Source: Isurus oxyrinchus (lineage: Eukaryota). From it: a DNA stretch of 64,000 nt. The stretch is taken from positions 3,906,001 to 3,970,000 of the forward strand of contig JANJGN010000036.1 in assembly GCA_026770705.1 (NCBI GenBank), given 5' to 3'. Each line of letters begins with the position of its first letter. Within the stretch, counting starts at the first letter, position 1. Under the pieces are notes generated by a model. It was not told where the DNA came from, made no database searches, and saw only the letters and a list, made by a program, of their open reading frames with translations. The position numbers were made by a program, and so were the translations under genes. Positions 1 through 12,602 of this stretch are shown piece after piece.

Positions 1-211
1 CGTCTCAGCCCAACAGTATAGCCTTTCATTCCTTTCTCTCGCAAATGTTCATCCACCTTCCCACTTAAATGCATCTCTGCAATATCCTCATCCATACCCT
101 GTGGGAGCGGGTTCCACACTCTCCCCGAAGCCTGGGTAAAGAAACTGCTCCTGAATCCCAGACTGGATTCATCCAATGTTAATGACCCCACGTCACGTCC
201 CCTGTCACAGA

Positions 212-595
212 GGATCATAGAAACACAGGGCTAGGCCATTTGGCCCTTCGAGCCTGCTCCACCATTCAATAAGATCGTGGTCGGTCTGGTTTGGTCTCAA
301 CTTTACTTTCTTCTCTGCTACCCATAGGCCTTGGCTCCCTTGCCGAACAAACATCTGTCTAAAACGGCCTTGAATAAATTCAGAGACTCAGCAACCATTA
401 CTTTCTGTGGAAGAGATTTCCACACACCAATGACCCTTTGGGTGAAAAAAAACTCTCCTCAACTCTGTCTTAAAACGGAGACCTCTATTTTTGACCCTTG
501 CACCTAGTTTTGGACACACGAGGAATCATCCTCCGTGTATCCGCCCTATCAGGATCCCTCAGGAACTTATATGTTTAAAAAAGATCACCTCATTC
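212..595 (-). mobile_element. CR1-like LINE 3' tail fragment
   Basis: ggccatttggcccttcgagcctgctccaccattcaataagatc; the same tail family occurs at 36710-37090. Confidence 0.6.
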
Positions 596-1179
596 CTCAG
601 TGGGAATTACTGAATTCTCTGGGATTCCCGATTGGATTTATTGATGGCCAATATTGTTGAAATCCTGCCGAAGTAGAGTTACCTTCATTAAGTCTGCCGA
701 ACTAAACCATTTTATAACTTTTAAGACCTCGATCCGGTCACCCCTCAATCTTCCCCTTTTCCAGAGCAAAGATCCCTAGCTCGTTCATTCTTTCTTGATA
801 GCTAAAAGCTCTCAGTTCTGATATCATCCTTGTGAAATATTAACTGCACCATTTCCAGTATCTTTGCATCCTTTCTAGAAAATGAAGAACAGTATTCTGT
901 ACTCGAACGTGGTCTAACTAATGTAAGTACATACTTTGTATATTTTGCAAAACAGATGACGAGTACGTGACAGCATTTTGACCTGCAATAAACAGGAAAA
1001 CCGTAGAGAGCTGTCTACCGCGGCACCATTTTCCAACCCTGATCGTGTATCTATGAATGAACACAGAACGCCATTCAGTCTGTATATTTCACACTTCCTT
1101 CATACTGAGAGAACGAGAACGTGTTCTCAGTGAGATTAGGGTCGGAGGCTCAGACTCTGACAGTCTGAAGTCAGGGACA

Positions 1180-4100
1180 ATGAGCTTCCTCTCTGTGTGT
1201 GCTTTGTCCCATCTTTTCCAGGGTAAGATATCTTTTCAGATAGAGTAGAGAAGGGTTGGGACAGAGTAAATAAGGAGAAACAGTTTCCACTGGCAGGAGG
1301 CCCGGCAATCAGAGTGGCACAGGTTGAAGACAATTGGCAAAAAAACAGAGGGGATGGGGGGCGGACAAGAAGCTTTTTCTTGATTAAGCGAGTTGTTGTG
1401 ACTTGGAAGGTTCTGCCTGAAAAGTCGGTAGAAGCAGATTCAAAAGGAACTTTCAAAATGGAAACTGAGTAACTACTTGAAAGGGAAACATTTGCAGGCA
1501 TATGCGGGAAGGAGCGGGGGACAGAATAGGGGGTAACTGAAAACACTTCTCAAAGAGTCAGCATTCTAAAGGGCCTAAAAGCCTCCGCCTGTGCTGCGCG
1601 GGTCGAAAAGATGCAATTCAGTTCTCAAGTTCGATATATAAATAGAGCGAATATAGTCAACAACGTGGAAACTGTGAATCCGTCGGGAACAATGATTGGA
1701 ATTAATCCGCAATGTAACCTCTCCATGGGATAAAAGATGTGAATTGGCTCCATCGACATTACTGGCGACTGAGAAGAGGGCAGAGTTTCAAGTGGATCAT
1801 AAGAGTGAGTTATAATCTCTGGAACAAAACAAAATACCCAAAGTGAGCGGAGAAGAACAGGAAACGAAGTGCGGACGGGAGAAAAAAATGTAACACTTCA
1901 AAAATGTAGATTTGAAGCAACACTTTTACGTTTTTAACAGCACACCGTTCCGATTTGTGTATCCGAGTGATTATCCCAGGTTTACTGCTGAATTGGCTCG
2001 GACTGTGCCCTTGGAAGGACAGGAATAGAACGGCGCAAACAACCGATTGCGCGCGATTTTTCGATATCAACCATATATTGTTTTTATCATTGTGCCTCAT
2101 CCCAATCGGGGTGCACTCGCCGGAGGCAGGCTTCTGAAGAGAAGATGTGCGGGTATGGGGTGGCGGGTGGCACCATAACCTGGGGTGACTCTTGTTTATT
2201 TCCTTCTTGCTCAGCTATTGCGTCCCAGTACGTCTTGTCCCAGTCTCCGCAGGTTCAGACACTCCCTGTGAGGGGTTGCGCTAAACTGAGCTGCCACATG
2301 GAGACCTCTGAAACTGGGGTCATCTTTTGGTACAGACAGCGGAATCGAAATGACATGGAGCCGGTTTACATAGCGCATAAGCACCTCAAAGCAGAGGGGA
2401 GGTTTTCAAACGGGATTTCTGAAAAACAGGATAATTATTCACTGATCATTGCGGATACCCGGAGAAATTATTCTGAGATGTATTACTGTGCAATCGACTG
2501 TTACCAGAACCAGACTTTAGTATTCGGAAATGGCATCCAGTTAGTGATTACAGGTAAATTTCATCATTATTCCACCGAATTGAGCATTTCTACAGCAATT
2601 AAAGATGTCTACATTGAAATCTTAATGGGTTGTCTGCTCCATTTGTCACATTTAGAGGGCTCCCCGACCATATTCCTCCTCATCACACAGGAGGATGAGA
2701 TTCCCACCGTGGAAAGGGTCCCGTTGTTGTCTTTGATCAGAGGCTTGTCTCCCGATTCCTTTCCCGTCCGCTGGAATGTTTCCGGGAGGGTTACCGAAGG
2801 ACAGGCCGATTCCGGGACAATTGAGTCGGACGGGACCTACACCATCAGGATTTACACCAGCATCTCGGTGGAAACTTGGAGCAGCGGCGCTCTCTGTACT
2901 TGTGCCGTTCAAATCAACTCCAGTGAAAATCTTCTCAGTGTGTGTGTCTCATCTCAGAGAGGTAGCTAATTAACAGTGACCGTTTACCAATCTATTTAAT
3001 GCTGATGGGAGGCTTTGTCAACTTTGTAAATTGGAATTTTACATCTTTCCGTGTGTGTCCATGTATCATGAATTTATCAACGGCCTATCATAGATCTCTC
3101 CATCTTTCAGTGTTCAGCTTTCTAAAAGTCTAACTCCATCTGTTCTGTTCAACCCAGAGGGCTATGGATTCTCAGTCACTGAGGTAAATTGTTGTGCATT
3201 AAGGGAATAAGGGATGTGGACAGGTTAGGAAATCGCATTTAATGTACAAGATTAACCGTGGTCTTATTGAATGGCAAATCTCTTTGAGGGGCCGTATGGT
3301 CTCCTGCTGCTATTTCTTGTTTTCCTGTGTGTGTCTAAGCATATTGACAAGGTTCCATGCCACTGGATCATTTGTCAGTGAGTAAAATTGAAAGGTGTGA
3401 TTACATTCCCAGTCTACCGCTTTGTCCCACCATGCCTGTGTAAAATTATCTATTCATGTCTCTATCTGCTGAGCATTCACAATATGACTGTCTGTCTTAG
3501 TTCAACGGTGAGGTATAAGATACCTTCTCTTTCTGTGTGTATATCTGTTTATCTGTCTATTCATTTCCCTTGCTCTGTATCAATCAATCCATTCCTGTCC
3601 TAGTGCAGTTTAAGATAACTGATACATTTGTCTGTCTGACAATCTCTCTCTCTCCCTCTCTATCTGAAACCCTTTCTCTACAACTCCCCCTCTTTCTGTC
3701 TCTCCCGGTCCCTCTTTCTGTTTATCTATGCACTTACTGCCTGTCTTACGCTCTGTCTTCATCTATTCTTACATATATTGATCTCTCCATCTATCTCACT
3801 CAACCTCTCTTTATTTGCCTATTTCTATCATGGTTAAAAGCTGCATTATAAGAAAACTGGGACATTCATCTATCATCCTACATCTCGGTCTGTCTCCATC
3901 TCTCCCTTTCTCTCCCTTTCTCTCTTCCTCTCTCTGTCTCTATCGCACTCTCTCTATCCTTTTCCATCCAGTTAAACACTTCTGTATAGTTATATGTTCT
4001 ATCTATCACACTCTCTTCACTCCTTATCTTTATCTGTCTAAATATCTCTCCATGTATCTCTCCAAACCTCTCTCCATCAATCTCTTTGCTCCACTTGTCC

Positions 4101-6265
4101 CACCCTCTTAATCTCCCGCTCTCGCTCGCCCCCTTTCTCCCCATCTCGCCCTCTCCCCCTCTCCACCTCTCCCTTCCTCCCTCTCTCCCTTACCTCCAAT
4201 TTAGTCCGCTCTCCTCCACTCTATACATCTCTCCCCCGCTCTTTGTTTCTCTCTCCCCATCGCTCCCTCTCGCCCTCGTTCCCTAACTCTCCATCTCTCA
4301 AACTCTCCCACACTCCCCTATCCCCATCTCTCCCCCTCTTCCTCTATCTCCCCATCTCTCCCTCTCTCTCGCTCCCTCTCCCCGTATCTCCCTTTCCTCC
4401 TCTCTCCCCAACTCTCCCTCTCTCCACCATTTCTCCTTCTCCCCCCATCCACCCTTTATCCCTCTGTCTCCCCTATCTCTCCGTCTCACCGCATCTCTCT
4501 TCTCTCCCTCTCTACCCCTTTCTCCCCTGTTTCCGAACCCTCCCCTCTCACCTCTCTCCCGCTCTTCAACTATTTCCCCCTGTATTTCTATCCTAGTTAA
4601 TCAGTTTTCTCTAAGTGATCTCTCTCGATCACTCTCTTTCCATCACTCCCTGGCCTAACATTTCTTTGCTATTAAAATAGTGCTCTATCTGCCTCTCCCT
4701 GTCACCCTCCCTCCATCTCTTTTTTGTTATCCACCTATGTTTGTCCCTTTTATATAATGTTCTATAAGACCGCCGCTCTCTCCCTCTCTCACTTTCTTTC
4801 TCTCTCTATTTCAGTCTCTATAAACAGTATTCTATCTACCTCTCTATCACTCTGTCTCTCAGTGTCCTATTCTAACAGCGTTCTTAAAGATGTCTGTACC
4901 AACGCTCTCGTTATCATTCTTCCTATCTCTCTCATTCTCACTCTACCTCTCTCTATATATTTCTGTCCTGTTTCAACATTGTTATAAAAGACCCCTGCTC
5001 AATTTGCAAATAATGAAATACGCAAAAATCTATTTCCGTCTCCAAGTGAAATCATACATTCAGATTTTCCCCACTTATTTAATTAATTCCTCAAACTTTC
5101 TTTTAAATGAAAGGAATTAATTTTTCGCAGATTCTACGCTCCCTACCGCCTGCAGTTTGCCGCTTTCCGGGAGTTTAATGGATGCAACGCTTCTCTTTCT
5201 AGGAATGATCCTTTTGGCAGGGAGAAGAAGCTGTATGAACCGGCAGACAGGTAGCGACTGTTGGGAGACGCGGTGACTCTGCGGCGCTCTCAATCCATCC
5301 ATTTATCAATTGGTTATTGACACTTTCAGCCGGTTCAGTTTGAAATGTAGCAATTTATGCTCAGTTCAAATTTTACTTTCTAACAGGCAGCTTGAACATT
5401 GCTGAGCAACTGACAGATTCCGGAGAACAACGAGAGAACAAAGAGGTAAAAGATAGAATTGTTGTTGTCACTGCACGTGGATGCTTTTCACTGAAATGTA
5501 ATCTAAGGTTTTAAAGACACAGTTATTGCGATTAATCTTTGCGTCGTGGGCACTACACTACTACGTGGGCAGAAACTAGTCTTCAATTCCTCCTGTGGGG
5601 AAGGTTAAGGGGTGATCGAATCGATGGATTTAAGGTTATAAAATGATACGATCGTGTCTTTAGGGATAAACTCTTTGCTCTAATGTGTGGGGGTGGTGTG
5701 CCGGATGAGTACTGGTGGTTGGGGGGCTGGAGTCCAGAACAAGAGGAGAGACCCTTAAAATTAGTGCAAAAACAAAACTAGCTGGAAATTCTCAGCAGCT
5801 CAGATGAAGAGTCATAGGGACTCGAAACGTTAACTCTGTCTTCCTCTCCACAGATGCTGTCAAGCCTGCTGAGTTTTTACAGCTATTTGTGTTGTTTCTG
5901 ATTTCCAGCATCCGCAATAAGTCGTTCAGGGGTAATGCCAGGAAGCACTTAGTCATAGAAAGGCGAGTGGAAATCTCGAGATCTCTCCCCGCAAAAGCTG
6001 CTGAGGCTGCGGAATCAGTTGGAAACATCAAAACTAAGATTGGTAGATTTTTGTTGGGTAAGGGGATTAAGGATTATGGAACCAAAGTGCGTAGATGGAA
6101 GTTATAAAGATCCGCCATGATCTAATTGAATATACTGCAGGGTCCGAATGGCTTTCTCCTATCCCTACGATGATGGTGTTTGTTATCTAAATAAATTCGT
6201 TTTTTATTGTTTCTCCACAGACACTTAATGCCCAATTGTCCATTAAGGAGGATCCCACACTCTGA
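1180..6265 (+). CDS. Gene A: non-rearranging VJ-C1-TM Ig-superfamily receptor, type I (TCR/IgL-like). Exons 1180-1222 leader, 2215-2553 VJ, 2656-2961 C1, 5131-5250 TM, 5387-5445 cyt, 6221-6265 terminal
   Basis: GT-AG sites and compatible phases (1,1,1,1,0) give an open frame: MSFLSVCALSHLFQ/AIASQYVLSQSP..KLSC..IFWYRQ..MYYC..VFGNGIQLVIT/EGSPTIFLL..VRWNVSG..DGTYTI..W..CTCAVQ/DSTLPTACSLP..LLFLGMILLAGRR/../TLNAQLSIKEDPTL*. Several core residues are substituted, so it may be decaying. Confidence 0.8.
1236..1595 (+). mobile_element. CR1-like LINE 3' tail in gene A intron 1; same family at 31670-32160 (-) and 58635-58945 (-)
   Basis: gacagagtaaataaggagaaacagtttccactggcaggagg..tggaaggttctgcctgaaa. 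Confidence 0.6.
2215..2553 (+). CDS. Gene A V-set exon with germline-joined J (FGNG)
   Basis: Cys(B), WYRQ, YYC and FGNGxQLVIT lie in one exon between tcag| (2214) and |gtaaat (2554). Confidence 0.9.
2656..2961 (+). CDS. Gene A C1-set exon
   Basis: P-T-I-F-L-L start, WNVSG, DGTYTI, W, CTCAV. The B-strand Cys is Ser (PLLSLI). Homologous to the C1 exons of D and E. Confidence 0.85.
3500..4970. repeat. Pyrimidine-rich (CT) low-complexity tract in the gene A C1-TM intron
   Basis: Near-pure C/T from ~4080-4600. Confidence 0.9.
5768..5916. mobile_element. Short palindromic (MITE-like) repeat; related copies at ~6505-6600, 14825-15010 and 34480-34685
   Basis: Inverted ends agctggaaattctcagcag / ctgctgagtttttacagct around gaagagtcatagggactcgaaacgttaactctg. 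Confidence 0.55.
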
Positions 6266-6769
6266 TTGGAGAGGAAAGAGCTCACTGTCTGCTTCCCGAA
6301 CATGACGTGTTGTAGAAAGTTTCCTCTGTTGGGTGGGAAAGTCCGAAAATCCAACCGATGCAAATTCAGGCGCATTCTCGGCGCAATTTTGGGATGTCGC
6401 CGAAAGCGTAAACTGAATAATCACTTAATGCCCGCTATTCTAACGATGAAATATCGCCCGCAGTTCCACGCTAGCAACTCCAGGTTTCTATTGAAGCTGT
6501 TCTGTTGAAGGGTCATGAGGACTGGAAACGTCAACTTTGCTCTTCTCCGCCGATGCTGCGAGACCTGCTGAGTCGTTCCAGGTATTTATGTTTTTGTCCA
6601 GGTTTCTGTTACCTGCTTTGTTATGGCATTTTGCATCTTTATTCAGTATGTCAGCAAGAAATTATTTGAACAGGCTTTACAATGTAAAGCCACAATGAAA
6701 TTGTCGCTGCGTTGATGTTCCTATCATTTTGGTGATTCCTTGATGATTAAACCCCTGCCTGTGCAGTAG

Positions 6770-9700
6770 CTCCGGTTCGCCAGCAGAGGGCCTGATGTAT
6801 CACTTTCATCAAAGGAGAGAGAAACATGTTTGCGAAGAGGATTTGGCCCTTTTTAATTTATTCATTCGCTCTGAGACAAAAGATCACCCATTACCAGCAC
6901 CCCTGCTGCTTCTGACATGATTTTAGGATTTTCACCCCCAATGCCAAATTACTTCCAGAACTGATTTTTATATTTTTTGCCCTGGAATTATTTTTCTCTT
7001 TAGGTATTTATCTGAATTCCATTTGACAGACAATAATGATCGGCGCAAGCTTGGACGACAGAAGGGCCTGTTCCTCTGCTGTGCTGTACTTTGTTCTTTA
7101 TTCTATAATAGAGAAGCTCATTTCACAGTGATATGCGGAGACAGAGACTCACTGATAAAGGATGAGATTGTGTTGTACATGTTTCAGAGTTGACGCTAAG
7201 ACAGGCGGGTTGTACAGCAGCAGATGTGAATGAATCTTTCCCTTTTGTCTGCAGTGCAATGGATATGCACAAGATCTGGCAGGCAAGACCTTATAATTAT
7301 ATAGCATGTTTAACTGCAATAAAACGCCATAAGATGTTTCACCAGAGCCTTATGGAGCAGTACTTGGGACAAAGAGATTAGTCTCAATGCTCAGTTTCTT
7401 CAAAGAGGCTGGTTTCACAGAGCGTCTTCAATGAGGAAAGACAAAAATGTAGTGGAGAAGGGAGTTTGAGGCAATGAATTCCACATTTCGGGCTTTGGGA
7501 GCCTAAGGCACGGCAACAATGATCACAGAATCACAGAATCATTGTGTCTGCACTGGCTCAGTGAAAGGGCGTTTGGGCTGGATCCACTCCCCTGCCTTAT
7601 CTCCGTAACCCTGCACTAAATCTCCTTTCTGGCAATGGGGTATTAAATTTGGGGATCTTGAAAAAGACAGAATTAGAGGGACACTCATATCGGAGGATTG
7701 TGGAACTGGAAGAGATTACAGATTGGGGGAAGCCCTTTGGGGAAGCCATTTCCAAACTTCTACCATCCGTTTTGTTTCGAAGTGTTGCTTATTTTCACTG
7801 TTGTAAAGTTTTGGAGCAACTGTTAGATTTTAGCTTGTTCCCCTGGCCCTAGATTCCCCCAGCAGTAGAAATAATGTCTTTCAATTTGCTCTATCAGTTT
7901 ACATTATTATCTTGAAAACTTTGACCAACTCACAACTGCTTCAGAATTCCAGGAATAACGTGTGAATTAATGCATTGCATGTAACGCTTTCAGGAGGACT
8001 CCAACTGGTCTCGAGCCTGTGTAAATGACTTTTCTGAAATTCTCAAACAATTATTTTTGTGTTGTTTTCGACATGGTGGCGCGAGTTTGTGGTTTAAATG
8101 AAATACTCATAGATAACTTAAATTCATTTTACTGCGGATCTGAGAGCGATTGGGAGCTGGGGGTGAAATTCCTGCTTTTCTCTTTATGTCCGTCGAGCTT
8201 TCTCTCTCTCTATTAATTAACGACAGGGAAATGCAGCAATATGATGTCAATAAGTGGGTATTTTAAAACACATTCCAATAAAGATTACACACGAACAAGG
8301 TGCAGAGAGGGAGATGAAGAGACACCGAGAGCGATACAGAGACGCAAAAGAGACACAAACAGATAGGGGTCAACGTGAATAATGTTTTGCTGCCTTGTGT
8401 TTCCGGAAATCCTCACATAATACACATTTATCTCACCGTGACCGCATTCTCTGTAATTCGCTGATCATGTTGTACAGTGTCTGCACCCTCTTCCATCCTC
8501 TGCAAGAGTGAACACAATTTGGAAATAACAGGTTGGAAAGAAAGAAGGGGCGGGGAGCAGGGGGAAGGGAGACAAAGAGAGAGAGAAACAGAGTTAATGA
8601 GAGCAAAACAGATAGGAGGCGTGTTGGAGGTTTGGGTGGTAGGAGAAATAGAAACAACTTTTAATGGAATGAAATCTCCCGAGGGTTTGGAATTGATTTG
8701 CTAAATGTGAAGCTAGGTAAACACTTGTTAAAATCCCTGAATAGCGCCTATGTTGTTGACAGAGCAACGAATTGGGCTTTGAAATGTAATGTGCTTTGAG
8801 GAGGGTGAGTAATTTGAATTCATTTCATAATATTTTCTGAAAAGCCACACAAAAAGTCTTCCAAAAGGATCAGCGGATAATCCCAGTTGGAAAGCGAGAG
8901 TTTAGTCCTTTCTGGGGTGGCGAGGGTAGGGGAGCGGGGAAGGGGTGAATGACTGCATAATATCACATTGCTGCAGTGGGTTCTTGCTGTGTGCAAATTG
9001 CCCACAACCTTCCCTGCAATAAGACGACACTGCTCAAATCCAGTTTATTGAGTTGCAATTTTGGATTCTCAGTATAAAACATAGCTACAGTGTCATGTAT
9101 CATCAGTTAAAGTGGTAAGTCACAAAATCACAGAATGTGCTTCAATCAAAATTCATCCCGAGTTAATGAAAAAAGAACACAGACATGGAAAGTTTTATCG
9201 AGAGCAGGAGGAAGAGAACGTTGAAAAGAGATGTAGGGCTAGACAGGTACAGAGAGAGAGAGGGGGAGAGGAACAGCAAGGCTGGAGATTGTGCAAGAAG
9301 TGGAAGATTCAATGTCTAACATTGAATATACAACAGCACCAATCCTGGATTGATCGGGTACAGTGGAGTGGGAGGTAGGGATTGGGGCGTATTGAATGGG
9401 CAAGGGACAGAGGGGAATCATCAGTGCTTGCCTATTTCACAATGAGGCAGAAGATACATCTCGAGGTGGCAAATTAAACGCAGAGGGAGTGGTACAGACT
9501 CTGGGACTGCAGGTGGGAAAGGGTCTGGCGATAGGGTTCCAGTGTTTATGGATTGTCCAGCTTCTGGAGTAAGCCCCACTCCACCTCCCCCACTCCCACT
9601 CCACCTCCATTCCAGGGTGTGTAATGTATTATTTTTTTAATTGAATACTGGGACAGTCATGTGGCATTGGCACTATCATATCATTTGAAATCTATTCCCA

Positions 9701-10330
9701 TTGTCTGCTTTCAATATTAGGGCATGTGTTTTACTATGGTGTCCCCTGAGAATGTGTATATCAGTGAGTTAGAGGAGACCTGGGATCTTGCTCTGTCTTT
9801 TCGTTTCCATGATATTTGCTTTCGTTTGATCAATTTCCATGTTCTCTCTCTCCCGAGCCGAATTTATTTGGAAGCTGCATTTTCTGACGAGGCAAAGGGA
9901 GAATACTTCTGCGATCAGGAATCCTCAGACGCGAGCTGTAACAGGAGGAGGAAGTGCTGATAAATGTACATGTCACGTTGTCATCCATTTCTCTACACAG
10001 AGAAAATTCTTATCTTTACGAAAGTTTGTGGGATGTTTGCAATAAGGGCAGGGTCTGCGGGGTGGGGTGAACTCAGAGATAAGTAATCTGAGACTCGCTG
10101 CCGCCGAGGGAGCCCAAAGTAACTCCATAGATTTCAATCCCTCCATTTCTTCCTGCAACTCTACATCACCTTCACTTTCATAGCTGTTTCCCCACATCTT
10201 CAAATTTCTCCCTCTCTCCACATCATTAATCTCCCTCATTCTCTTAGAAAATTTAGACAATCTTTTTCTTAACCTCTTTGCATATTTGTCCTCTCTCTCT
10301 TTCTGAAACTTTTTTGGTGTCTCTCATCCC
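6770..10330 (+). repeat. Segmental duplication copy 1 (paralogous to ~40070-44720)
   Basis: Collinear shared blocks, e.g. 6781/40081, 7110-7440/41470-41800, 8020-8130/42360-42470, 8820-9170/43210-43560, 9760-9960/44115-44320. Confidence 0.8.
6775..6793 (+). promoter_or_regulatory. Candidate CTCF site
   Basis: CGCCAGCAGAGGGCC resembles the CTCF core CCAGCAGAGGGCG. Retained in the duplicate at 40075. Confidence 0.45.
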
Positions 10331-10639
10331 CACCCACTGCAAAGCCTTCACCACCGCCTCCCACGACGAAAGTTATTTGTCTCTCTATTTACCTCTCCCC
10401 GTATCAGCTAAAATTTATTGTGCACTGTTTTTATTCCAGTGAGGGAGTTGGGGGGGCTGGGGGGTTGGGCAGGGTGGTGGGCGGTGGGAGACGGGGGGCG
10501 GAGTTCGCCCCGTGCCGCTGGGGCCCATATTAATCCCCGAACAACATCATTGAGGGCATGATCTGTTTCATAAACACTTTTGTTATTTGTGCGTCTTACT
10601 CCACTGCCGCACTCTTGTAGCCGCTTCTTCAGAGGAAGA

Positions 10640-12240
10640 AGTGTTTCTCTCCTTATCATAACAGAAGCCAGAGTGTTAATTTTGTTCCTTTCAGCTTTTG
10701 ACTCTCAGGCAGTTTTGTCCCAGACTCAGGCAATTCAGCGTCTCTCGTTTGGAAGTCCCTACATGGTGCTTTGTGATCCGGCTGAGTTCGCAGTGGTGGG
10801 GAGGGGGCCGGTCCCCTTGTTTAAGCCGGACGCATCTGCAACTGCTTTACACCATGATAGAATGCAACTGTCCAACCGGGGGATATTCGGGAGAAGCTAA
10901 CGGCACACGAAGTCTCGATTCTCTGATCATGTGTCTTTGTACAACTTCTGAACCCTTGCCCCGTTCTCATGTATCTCATCATTTCAGTGTTTAGCTTTCT
11001 GAATTTTTAAGTCAATTTGTCCATTCGGTGTCACAGCGGATGGAGCGAAATAAACTCTTTTCGCAAGACAATGATTAAATAACAGCCCAATTTCCTGTTT
11101 ACCAATTTCAATCTCGATTCCTCTAAGTCATCACCTGCACTCCAAAGAGCTTCCAGTACAGAAAGATTGCATTCGGCCCTTTTGTTCAATACTGGTGTTG
11201 CTGCTCCACACGAAACTCCTCTCAGCCCCTCTTCATCTCAGCCCATCAACACCTTCTATTTGTCATTTCTCCCTCACGTGTTTATACAGCTTCACACATA
11301 AATCCATTTCTGCAAGTGACCTCAACCATGCCCTCTGGAAGTGGGTTCCGCATTCTTGCCACTCTCTGGTTCAAGAGATTTCTCCTGAATTTCTGATTGC
11401 AGTTGGTAGTGATTATCTGGCTTCGGGCTCTGCACTCCCCCAACAAGTCCAAACACTTACGCCTGCCCGAAAAATCATTTTATAATCTTAAAGATGTCAG
11501 GTCACTCTTCAGCCTTCTCTTTGCTTGGGAAAAGAAGACAGCCTGTTCAATCTTTCCTGAATGTTTTAGCCTCTCAGTTTTGGTATCATTACAGTAAACA
11601 TTTTTTTTTCACCTTCCCATGTTTCTCCATATTACTTTTATGATATAGAGACTAGAATTATTCACATGGCCATACGTGTGGTCAGGCTAAGATTTAATAT
11701 CCGTTTAACAAAGCCTATCTTCTTTAGATGCTTATTTTTGTAGGCTTGCCCACACTCTGGGCCCGTATCTTTTATGACCTTATTAAACTCTGTCACCAAT
11801 TTCAATGATTCTTGTGTCTGTACCTCAGAAGTCTCATCTCTTGTATCTGATTTAATCTCTTATTTCCAGGGAGTGTGTAGCTGTAACCCTAGACCTAAGT
11901 GTAACCCAAACCCCAATCCCTACCCGTCCTGACAAAACGGTCTCTATCTAGCGGTTCATCCAAGTCAAAGGAAAGAAATCCGCTGGATAACTATGAAGCA
12001 GTTGGTATTCCATGCGTGGCTGTAAACGGTTATCATCAATGATTATAAATGAAGTTGGTGAAAAATTCCAAATATATGGGTTCGTTACGGACGGACAACA
12101 CCGATTTGTGAAAGTGTTTCATGTGTAACACATTAAGTACAGGTTTCCTTTTCACGAAGTTTCGGAGTGGACACTTAATGAGAAAACAGGAGATAGAACA
12201 TTAATGGATTTCCATAAGGTCTTCATGTGTCTCCCAAGAG
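10640..12240 (+). repeat. Duplication of the gene C region (~22860-25010), with an internal deletion
   Basis: Shared V acceptor region (cataacagaa..gtgtt..ttttgt), post-C1 intron and downstream blocks (aaacggtctc..catccaag..aaaggaaag). Confidence 0.75.
10695..10930 (+). pseudogene. Gene B: truncated type I V-exon fragment
   Basis: tcag|CTTTTGACTCTCAGGCAGTTTTGTCCCAG (AFDSQAVLSQ) is homologous to the V exons of A and C. It has a stop at ~10898. The 3' V/J and C1 are deleted and it is fused to sequence homologous to C's post-C1 intron. Confidence 0.7.
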
Positions 12241-12602
12241 GTTTGATGGAAATAATGAAGTGCTCAATGTGAAGGAGATGTGGGAACGAGAGTAGAAGCA
12301 TAGACACAGACTGAAGAAATGACTACCCCTCATGTTGAGGGTCAGGTGGAAGTGTTGCATTCTGCCGAGGACCTTGGGATAAGTTTGGATATGAGTTAAG
12401 AATGCGGACAGAGAGGTGGGTAATGAGAAAAGCTTTGAATCAATTTACCAAAGAGTGAACAGAAACATGGATGCTCCCATTGCCTCAGTCAGCGCTCTAC
12501 ACTGTGCTGGTCATTGTTGAATAGCTCTATCGTATTATTGTGTTTTAGGAAATTCATCTATGTATCTACTGCTCGCTCCCTGTCCTCTTTCTTTCTGTTT
12601 GC

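Noticed and set aside
2145-2969. Rearranging TCR/Ig locus
   Set aside because: J motifs are fused to V in the germline, each V has its own C1 about 100 bp away, and no RSS flanks any V. The CACAGTG/CACTGTG heptamers I saw (~7123, 12500, 18512, 23947, 25838, 35283, 46754) lack a spaced nonamer.
3388-5120. Multiple Leu/Ser/Pro-rich ORFs
   Set aside because: Artefacts of the CT low-complexity tract.
8433-8500. TLYNMI ITSM-like motif in a minus-strand ORF
   Set aside because: Not preserved in the duplicate at 42.8 kb; probably the wrong frame or chance.
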